64,000 bases of DNA from positions 10,863 through 74,862 of the forward strand of contig CAZGHS010000001.1 in the NCBI GenBank assembly GCA_964525495.1. The letters are read 5' to 3'. Below, piece after piece: positions 56,532 to 64,000 of this stretch (position 1 is its first letter; every line of letters begins with the position of its first letter). The notes beneath the pieces were generated by a model, which searched no databases, was not told the DNA's origin, and saw only the letters and a list, made by a program, of their open reading frames with translations. This DNA comes from an uncultured Gammaproteobacteria bacterium. GTDB lineage: Bacteria > Patescibacteriota > Microgenomatia > JALYQM01. A program made the translations under genes and the position numbers.

Positions 56532-58220
56532 ATGAAAACGCTTGGTATCAATCCTTTTAGTCATGACGCAAGTGTTGCACTCTGTGTCGATGGAAAAATT
56601 ATAGCAGCTGTTACACAAGAGCGTTTTGACAGGATAAAACACAGCACCCAAATTCCTCGAGAGGCACTAGAATTCTGCCTCAAGCAAGGAGATATCTCGG
56701 ACATAAACCAACTCGAAAGCATCGGATTCACGTTTAACTTTCTACATTGGAAAATCATTTGGCACCTACTCGACACCCTCTCCCCGATTCTGCCATCACA
56801 AATAGTAACTCCTTTTTTAAAAAATAAATCTCATCTCTGGAATATTATTAAGATTTGGCATCTCTTAAGAAAAGAGCAAAACTATAAAGGTAAGGTAATA
56901 TTCCTAGAGCATCATCTATGTCATGCAGCATCGGTATACTTTGCATCTCCTTATTCTGACTCAGTAATTATTACTGCCGACGGCAAAGGAGAAATCGCCA
57001 CCACCTGCATTTATGAAGCCGATCAATCAAATATCAAGAAAAAACTTCAGATTAATCATCCAGATTCTATCGGCATCCTGTACTCTCTTGTTACCGAATT
57101 TCTAGGATTTAAACAACTATGTGACGAAGGAAAAATCATGGGGCTCGCACCATACGGAAACAATTCATTAGTAGATTCAATGAAAAAACTTATTCGACTT
57201 GAGGATGGGTTCTCCATTAATATGAACTATTTTCAGCAGGATATTTTCAGCCGATTATCTTTCAGTGAAAAATTTTACGATATATTCGGAAATAAACGTA
57301 AAAAGGATGAAGAACTCACCCAGCACCACAAAAACATAGCCTTCGCAATACAGGCACTAACAGAAAAAATTATTCTCCATATTGTTGCGGTCTCGAAGAT
57401 GCGAACTGAGTCCTCGAACCTCTCGATGGCAGGAGGAGTTATTCTTAACAGCGTAACAAACGGTAAAATTCTTGAATCCAATTTCTATAAAAATGTATAT
57501 TTCTATCCTGCTGCAGGTGACGACGGCACTGCAGTCGGTGCTGCATTTCTAACCTACTATCAAAACAATACCTCTAAACAAAACATTATTGAGAACAGCT
57601 CACCTTATCTTGGACCAGAAATATCAGAGTCAGACATTCTAGCAGAATTAGCAAAACGAGGAATCAAATACACAAAATCAGAAAACATTGCGCATGAAAC
57701 CGCGAAACTTCTCGCACAAAACAAATTTGTCGGGTGGATACAGGGAAAGGCAGAGTTTGGACCGCGCGCGTTAGGCAATCGCTCGATCCTCGCCGATCCG
57801 CGCAATCCCCATAACAAAGATCGACTTAACGCGACTGTCAAATTTCGTGAAAGCTTCCGACCGTTCGCTCCATCAATCTTGGAAGAAGAGGCAACAAAAC
57901 ATTTCAAATCAGATGGAATTAACTCACCGTATATGATCGTTACCTACGATGTAGTCAAGGACAAACAAGACAAAATTCCTGCGGTTACACATATCGACAA
58001 GACGGCCAGAATACAAACGGTTAACAAACAACAAAACGAAAGATACTACAACTTAATAAGCGAATTTAATAAATTAACAGGAGTTCCTGTTTTACTCAAC
58101 ACAAGTTTCAATCGTATGAATGAACCAATTGTAAATTCAGCTGAACAAGCAGTTACCTGCTTTCTAGAATCTGGACTTGAAGTCCTCGCAATGGGAGATT
58201 ATCTAATACTTAAAGATTAG
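56532..58220 (+). CDS. NodU/CmcH-family carbamoyltransferase
   Basis: HDAS, ERF.RIKH, EHH.CHAAS, EGKIMGLAPYG, EFGPRALGNRSIL, FRPFAP, NTSFN. Confidence 0.95.
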   Translation: MKTLGINPFSHDASVALCVDGKIIAAVTQERFDRIKHSTQIPREALEFCLKQGDISDINQLESIGFTFNFLHWKIIWHLLDTLSPILPSQIVTPFLKNKSHLWNIIKIWHLLRKEQNYKGKVIFLEHHLCHAASVYFASPYSDSVIITADGKGEIATTCIYEADQSNIKKKLQINHPDSIGILYSLVTEFLGFKQLCDEGKIMGLAPYGNNSLVDSMKKLIRLEDGFSINMNYFQQDIFSRLSFSEKFYDIFGNKRKKDEELTQHHKNIAFAIQALTEKIILHIVAVSKMRTESSNLSMAGGVILNSVTNGKILESNFYKNVYFYPAAGDDGTAVGAAFLTYYQNNTSKQNIIENSSPYLGPEISESDILAELAKRGIKYTKSENIAHETAKLLAQNKFVGWIQGKAEFGPRALGNRSILADPRNPHNKDRLNATVKFRESFRPFAPSILEEEATKHFKSDGINSPYMIVTYDVVKDKQDKIPAVTHIDKTARIQTVNKQQNERYYNLISEFNKLTGVPVLLNTSFNRMNEPIVNSAEQAVTCFLESGLEVLAMGDYLILKD

Positions 58221-59648
58221 TTACAAACTAACCTGCTTAATTTTATACTCAAAAATCGATTTATCTTCCTTATTATCAATAAAATTCTGTGCTAACTGAA
58301 AAGCCATTTCGATACTATTATCCGAGTTGTTATACCGAAATATTCCAGTTCTTCCCAGCAAATAGACATCATCACTTTCCAAGTATTGCACGACCTGTTG
58401 CAACCGCTCTTTGTAATCCAAATCATATACAGGATACGCATACCGTATTCGCTTCACAAAAGTCCCTAATACCTTGTCGAGAGCAAACAATTTAATCCGA
58501 TCCCCAGCCTCTACGCACTCCTGAGATAATTGTTCATCGCTTTTATTCCATGTCTCATCACCAAAATAACAGGTAATATCTAAACAAACACAGGTTTTGC
58601 CAGCAGGTGCCATCTTTTTTGACCAATTTGTAAATTCCACAGATCGATTAAATGGAATATCTTTATCGGGAAAATACATCCAATGATCATTGGAAACACG
58701 ATCCTGATCCAAAAACACATAGACAAAAATAATATCCATATACTTGGTCTGTTTTAATAAACTCTCTATCTTTTCGCTCTTTTTCTCTTGCAAGTCATAC
58801 AACAACTTGAGAGGTACAGTAGAAACAAGAGAATCATACGGAACAACCTGTTCCACGTTATCTTTCACATACACAACTTCATGTTTTTCTTTTCGGATCT
58901 CTTTTACCAAAGCTCTCAGGGTTACTTCTCCTCCATGCACTTGTAAATCGCGAGCAAATGCATCCGGCACTTCTTGAATACCGTCATCCGGATAATAAAA
59001 CTCTCCCCCATCCGGTGCGAGAGAATCATCTTCAAGATCATATCGAAAAAAATTAAATGAAATAAGTTTTTGTACTGCGCGCTTAATTAATTTCTGTAAA
59101 TTCTCACCGCTAAAGCGCGCATCTGCCCAATCTGCAGAGATTTCACCCGGATCCATTCCCCAAATTTTTGAGGTGTATCGGTAGCACATAATTTCATACA
59201 ATTTTGGACCGTAGTAATACAAAAACCAGTCCTTATATGATCGTACATTCCGAGCCTTACCTCGCAGTTTAAATCTATTCCACAAATAATCTACGCCACA
59301 CAAAAAAGCTTCATGCAACGGCATCGCACCAAACAAATTATCTAACTCGAAAGGATATTTAAGATACTTATTATATAAATAAATACGACTCTTCTTGATG
59401 TGCGTCTTCATCTCCAAGCCAGGAAGTGAATGTATAACATCGAGCAACTCTTTGTTTTTTGTATGAAACCTATGCGCTGAGAAGTCCAATAAGTACCCAT
59501 CGTGCTCCATCGTGCGACTCAATCCACCTACCACATTCTCCTTTTCCAATACCAATACAGATTTACCGCTCTTTGCAACTTTCCACGCAAACGAAAGCCC
59601 TGCAACACCCGCGCCTAGTACGATAAAGTCATACTTCTTTAGTTCCAT
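58221..59648 (-). CDS. FAD-dependent oxidoreductase (HemY/Glf-like fold)
   Basis: GAGVAGL, VGGLSRT, HRFH, AYPVY, GR.G.FRYNNSD. Confidence 0.85.
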   Translation of the reverse strand: MELKKYDFIVLGAGVAGLSFAWKVAKSGKSVLVLEKENVVGGLSRTMEHDGYLLDFSAHRFHTKNKELLDVIHSLPGLEMKTHIKKSRIYLYNKYLKYPFELDNLFGAMPLHEAFLCGVDYLWNRFKLRGKARNVRSYKDWFLYYYGPKLYEIMCYRYTSKIWGMDPGEISADWADARFSGENLQKLIKRAVQKLISFNFFRYDLEDDSLAPDGGEFYYPDDGIQEVPDAFARDLQVHGGEVTLRALVKEIRKEKHEVVYVKDNVEQVVPYDSLVSTVPLKLLYDLQEKKSEKIESLLKQTKYMDIIFVYVFLDQDRVSNDHWMYFPDKDIPFNRSVEFTNWSKKMAPAGKTCVCLDITCYFGDETWNKSDEQLSQECVEAGDRIKLFALDKVLGTFVKRIRYAYPVYDLDYKERLQQVVQYLESDDVYLLGRTGIFRYNNSDNSIEMAFQLAQNFIDNKEDKSIFEYKIKQVSL

Positions 59649-60514
59649 TGTGTTAAATACTCCTTCAAACACTCTTGCCAAGAACGCATAGTATACAGAT
59701 TTTGCTCCATCAAGCGCTTATTAACAAGTTTTTCAGAAACTGGCCGAGGCGCATGATACTCTTTCGCAACAAAGTCGGAAGAAACTTTGTGCAATACAAT
59801 ATCGTCACGCTGCAATTCTTTCAAGATATACTCGGCAACATCATAGCGACTCGCACACCCCTCGCAAACACTGTGATACAAACCGTACGATTCTTTTTCT
59901 ACGACATTAAAGATATTTTGAACTAAGTCATAAGTGTATGTCGGAGTTCCAAATTTATCGTCAACTACAAATAATTCTTTCTCTCCATTTTTAATCTTCT
60001 TAAGCAACTTATTAACAAATTTCTTATCCTTTTTCTCCCCGCCACCCATCATCCAGCCAGCTCGAAATATATAATGTTTAGTGTATTGTGCAACCAATTG
60101 CTCAGCAGCATATTTGGTCTTGCCATATGCATTAATTGGATTAGGCGTATCTTCTTCCATATATGCATCCTGATCCCCATCAAAAACTCCCGCAGTAGAG
60201 ATATGAACCATAGGAACGTCAAGCGCTTTGCAGGCATTCAAAACATTCTGCGTTCCAAGCATATTAGTTACATGCGCTTCTTTAGGATGCAACTCACAAT
60301 ACTCTACATCAGTCAAAGCGGCCAAATGCACCACGATGTCTGGCTCAAATGTATGTATTTGACGCGTTGTAAGATCCGAATCCCGCACATCACCATACTC
60401 TAAAAACGTATCATTTACATCAATATCAGTAGCAAAAAAATTATCAGAATTTTTGAGGCGATGATAAAATGCTTCCCCAAGCATTCCACCACAACCAGTT
60501 ATGTAAACACGCAT
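59639..60514 (-). CDS. rmlD: dTDP-4-dehydrorhamnose reductase family
   Basis: GCGGMLG, AALTDV, ISTA.VFDG, YGKTK, G.PTY. Confidence 0.85.
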   Translation of the reverse strand: MRVYITGCGGMLGEAFYHRLKNSDNFFATDIDVNDTFLEYGDVRDSDLTTRQIHTFEPDIVVHLAALTDVEYCELHPKEAHVTNMLGTQNVLNACKALDVPMVHISTAGVFDGDQDAYMEEDTPNPINAYGKTKYAAEQLVAQYTKHYIFRAGWMMGGGEKKDKKFVNKLLKKIKNGEKELFVVDDKFGTPTYTYDLVQNIFNVVEKESYGLYHSVCEGCASRYDVAEYILKELQRDDIVLHKVSSDFVAKEYHAPRPVSEKLVNKRLMEQNLYTMRSWQECLKEYLTQWN

Positions 60515-60571
60515 ACGAGGTAGTGTACCGACACGGAAACCTATTTACAAGCCGTATCAAACTCATTTACT

Positions 60572-61435
60572 ATGCTCTGTATGTCTGAATTTTCTGCTCA
60601 CACCCAATGGCAAGCTGAACTCTACGACGAACATCCACCTCTCAACCCTTTTGAGAAACTTCATCGTGAAATCGGTTTCGCTCTTGTTTGTCGCCCTAAA
60701 GATCTAGCTACAAAAAACTACCTCGAACAATTCAAGGTCAACGATCAAACCAAAATCCTTGACATGGGATGCGCCTCAGGATTTCTGCTCCAGCGAATCA
60801 GCAAAACATTTGGCTCCCAAGGAACAGGAATAGATGTGTCAAAAGTACTTATCGACAAAGCAAAGCAAGAAGATCCCAATAACCAATACTTTTTGGCCGA
60901 CGCATCCAAACTACCATTTCCAGACAACACCTTCGATCTTGTAACCAGCTTTGATAACCTCGAACATATTCAAGAATACAAAAAAGTAATTAAAGAAATG
61001 GTACGAGTATTAAAACCAGGCGGAACGATACTACTCAACACTATTAACAAACACAACCGTTTTACGTTCGACTGGCTCCTGGAAAAACTTGGCAGCGACT
61101 ATCATATGCGACGCGCTGGCCATGTTAAGGAGCTTTTTTTCGACCCTCAGGATATAAAAGTACTATTTGAAGAAGCAGGTTTAGAAAACACTAAAATCCG
61201 ACTGTTTGATGCTACATTTATTTTGATTATGGATTGTGCCTTATACATATTCCTCATGGCAATAGAGAAACTAGCAAATGTTACAAATAGTTATCATAGA
61301 TTAGGGCGAATATCCCTTACTATTACTAATATCGCAAGTAAACTCTCATTACCAGTACTCGAAAAATGTGATACAGTTATTATTAAACACGGGTTTTCCA
61401 ACGCGTTTTTCCTAACTGGAGTAAAAAGCAAATAA
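60572..61435 (+). CDS. class I SAM-dependent methyltransferase
   Basis: LDMGCASG, LPFPDNTFD, LEHI, RVLKPGG. Confidence 0.9.
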   Translation: MLCMSEFSAHTQWQAELYDEHPPLNPFEKLHREIGFALVCRPKDLATKNYLEQFKVNDQTKILDMGCASGFLLQRISKTFGSQGTGIDVSKVLIDKAKQEDPNNQYFLADASKLPFPDNTFDLVTSFDNLEHIQEYKKVIKEMVRVLKPGGTILLNTINKHNRFTFDWLLEKLGSDYHMRRAGHVKELFFDPQDIKVLFEEAGLENTKIRLFDATFILIMDCALYIFLMAIEKLANVTNSYHRLGRISLTITNIASKLSLPVLEKCDTVIIKHGFSNAFFLTGVKSK

Positions 61436-61447
61436 ACTAAAAACAAT

Positions 61448-62356
61448 ATGTTACCTGCCCTCAAAAGACTTTATTTAGAAAAAGGCGCGCTCGGCGTGCT
61501 CGAATGGATTTACGACAAAAAACGGTTTTTTCCCGTAAAGCTAGTTCTCAAGACAATCTTTAAAGTCTTTCCCTATGAACATATTCTGCGAACAACTGCA
61601 AAATATAACCAATCCATTCCAAGCAAGGGATTCGTAAAAAGTACTCAAACCTATATAAAGAACTTTAATATAGATATAAAGCAAATCAACTCATTCGATA
61701 TCAATGGACCATGCCTCATATTTGGAAACCATCCTACAGGACTAGATCCATTTATTATCGCCTCGTGCCTCAAGCGTGATGATGTATATATTGTCGCCGA
61801 CAACTATCAGCAAAGAAAGGGAACGTTTATAGGCCAACACGTAATTCCTATTTTCTACTCACGCACTCAGAAAAACCTAGAGAATCGAGGATTCCTGAAC
61901 TCTATAGGATTTTACGCCATGCGGCAATTGACAGGCTATGAAGAATACGAAACAGTAAAAAAACAAAACCAGGTAACGATTCAAACCGCAGCCAAGCTTT
62001 TAATGGACGGACATGTAGTTATAATTTTTCCGGATGGCGGAAGTAACAATCCGGAGTTATGGTATAACGGAATTGGAGAAATTATTAAGCGAACGGTAGA
62101 TAGAGAAAATAAAATCAAGTTGTTTGCGGCCAACATTCAAGGCATTTCATCATTCAAACTATGGAGGCATTTTCTATTCAACCGCAAAAAATATCTACAA
62201 AGCCACCCTGCTCACGTAGTAATTTCACCACAACTCACTTTAGCAAGTTTATGTATCGAATCTCACCAAGAATCACGAGAAATTACAGAACGATTAAGAT
62301 CTGAATATAAAGCAAATAAACTGTGGCACCCGAACTACGCCTACCAACAAGCTTAA
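61448..62356 (+). CDS. PlsC-like acyltransferase
   Basis: NHPTGLD (HX4D), IFPDGG. Confidence 0.8.
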   Translation: MLPALKRLYLEKGALGVLEWIYDKKRFFPVKLVLKTIFKVFPYEHILRTTAKYNQSIPSKGFVKSTQTYIKNFNIDIKQINSFDINGPCLIFGNHPTGLDPFIIASCLKRDDVYIVADNYQQRKGTFIGQHVIPIFYSRTQKNLENRGFLNSIGFYAMRQLTGYEEYETVKKQNQVTIQTAAKLLMDGHVVIIFPDGGSNNPELWYNGIGEIIKRTVDRENKIKLFAANIQGISSFKLWRHFLFNRKKYLQSHPAHVVISPQLTLASLCIESHQESREITERLRSEYKANKLWHPNYAYQQA

Positions 62357-62357
62357 T

Positions 62358-63650
62358 ATGAAAATTGCGCTATTTCACCTTTCCTTTCTCTATTCTGGAG
62401 GAGGAGAAAAACTAGTTCTAAAAGAGATCGAACTTCTTACACAAGCCGGTCATACAGTCGATTGTTACGCGCCACTAATCGATCCAGAAGAATGCTTTCC
62501 AGAAATAATCAAAAAATACAACATTAAAGAAATAATAAAAGGCACCACCAAAATTTTTCTCGGAAAACCAGAACTTGGGGTAGCCTTCACTTGCTTACTA
62601 TTCCCGTTTATTGCATTTAAATTTAGAAAATACGACACCATTATTGGAGCCAATCAGCCAGGACCGCTTTTTGGTTGGATACTCAAAATACTTCTTAGAA
62701 AGCCATATATTGCATATATTGCTCAACCAACCCGGCTTATATATCCTCGCCCTATTGATAGAGAAGTAGGATTGAGATTTAAATCCAAAATGAATTTCTT
62801 TCCGCACGTAGCAAACATACTACGCCCGTTTATCTACTGGCTCGACCTCAAGAGTATTACCAGCGCACACACTCTTTTTACAAACGGCGAGTACATGAAA
62901 GAAATAATTGAACAGATTTATGGCAAAACAGCTACCATCTGTCATCCAGGAGCAAAATGGGACTACAAAATGAGTTTTCTAAAACAGAACAAACAAAACT
63001 CAATAACAATAAATAATAATACATACCCCACTCCGTATATCTGCCTGACAAATAGACATTTTCCTCAAAAAAAGTTCGAATATGCAATAGAGGCAATCCG
63101 TCATTTAGATCATAAAATACCGGTATTAATTGCGGGTAAAGAAACCTACTATACTCAGTCTCTCAAAAAACTAGTGCAGAGTTACCATCTCGAAGACCGT
63201 ATTCATTTTCTAGGATATGTGAGTGAAACAGATATCGAGATTCTATATAAAAACAGCTCACTCTATCTCTACACTGCGATCGAGGAAGATTTCGGCATGG
63301 GCATAGTTGAGGCAATGGGTTACGGCATACCAGTCATAGCAATAAATCGAGCAGGACCATCTAAAATAATCACACACAACCATAACGGATTTCTAGTCGA
63401 ACCAGATGATCACAAAGCAATGGCCTCGACCATAAAAAAATGTTTAAACAATAGAGAACTAGTTCTTAAAATTGGAAAAAACGCAGTCCATACCATACGA
63501 AAGAATTATTCCTGGGGAAATCACGCAAATATTTTGGGAAATACACTAAAATCAATCGCAAATACGAATCACAAAACTGATTCAAAAACTTCTTTATACC
63601 GCGCCGTCATAAATTCTCGCTTAACGTTCGAAGGTAAAACCATTTCATGA
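62358..63650 (+). CDS. glycosyltransferase family 4
   Basis: GGGEK, R..PQK, EDFGMGIVEAM. Confidence 0.92.
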   Translation: MKIALFHLSFLYSGGGEKLVLKEIELLTQAGHTVDCYAPLIDPEECFPEIIKKYNIKEIIKGTTKIFLGKPELGVAFTCLLFPFIAFKFRKYDTIIGANQPGPLFGWILKILLRKPYIAYIAQPTRLIYPRPIDREVGLRFKSKMNFFPHVANILRPFIYWLDLKSITSAHTLFTNGEYMKEIIEQIYGKTATICHPGAKWDYKMSFLKQNKQNSITINNNTYPTPYICLTNRHFPQKKFEYAIEAIRHLDHKIPVLIAGKETYYTQSLKKLVQSYHLEDRIHFLGYVSETDIEILYKNSSLYLYTAIEEDFGMGIVEAMGYGIPVIAINRAGPSKIITHNHNGFLVEPDDHKAMASTIKKCLNNRELVLKIGKNAVHTIRKNYSWGNHANILGNTLKSIANTNHKTDSKTSLYRAVINSRLTFEGKTIS

Positions 63651-64000
63651 TGATCTATAGGACGAGTAATCAACGTTCGCAGCAATTCAGCAGCTGATTC
63701 TACCCCATCCGTTGGTTTAAAAATTACACATTCGGTTAGATTGTTCAATAGCTCATCTGCCCCTGCCCCGTCAGCAAGCATTACTTTCTGTGTACCACTC
63801 GCAATAGCTTCGAAAGGAACCATAGTACATCCTTCGCCGTAAGAAGAAGGGTGTATCAATATCTGAGACCGCGCATACACAGATACCAATTCATGCTTCT
63901 CTACAAAACCCAAAAAAACCACACGATCACTGCAACGATCAATGCATAAATTACTCACATCGCCACTCCCCGCAAAAACCAAATAGAGTTGCGGATTGGT
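63569..64000 (-). CDS. glycosyltransferase family 4, C-terminal part (5' end outside the window)
   Basis: FAGSG, FLGFV, PSSYGEGCTMVPFEA. Confidence 0.8.
   Translation of the reverse strand, partial: TNPQLYLVFAGSGDVSNLCIDRCSDRVVFLGFVEKHELVSVYARSQILIHPSSYGEGCTMVPFEAIASGTQKVMLADGAGADELLNNLTECVIFKPTDGVESAAELLRTLITRPIDHHEMVLPSNVKREFMTARYKEVFESVL

Noticed and set aside
1-64000. CRISPR arrays, rRNA genes, IS transposases
   Set aside because: No regularly spaced repeats, rRNA-like sequence or transposase motifs were seen.

Overview
A 64 kb chromosomal segment from a small-genome bacterium. It is most consistent with Patescibacteria/CPR of the Microgenomates type; this is an inference from gene content, the compact and divergent proteins, and many apparently leaderless genes. 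The right two-thirds is mostly housekeeping and envelope genes (lepA, murJ, rpsT, holA, tpiA, trxA, pcrA, rny, recX, recA, radC, FemX-like, WecA-like, LCP). It also holds an SBP-histidine kinase-SBP locus and a surface-glycan modification cluster. The left third is accessory: an NrtR divergon with two operator boxes, and a ~5 kb large-serine-recombinase element integrated at tRNA-Ile carrying a Shedu-like nuclease and a TerS-like gene. Main discoveries read from the DNA: (1) one non-coding architecture occurs four times around unrelated small ORFs: promoter, hairpin, rrn-boxA-like motif, then a 5' arm that pairs with a 3' arm beyond the stop codon, like a pre-rRNA processing stem; (2) a Met-rich leaderless leader peptide with classical 1:2/2:3/3:4 attenuator hairpins upstream of a DUF62 SAM-hydrolase-family gene; (3) an att site inside the recombinase gene, which would swap its C-terminus between the integrated and excised states; (4) a kissing-loop hairpin pair upstream of that recombinase. 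All pairings were read by eye; no folding or database searches were run.
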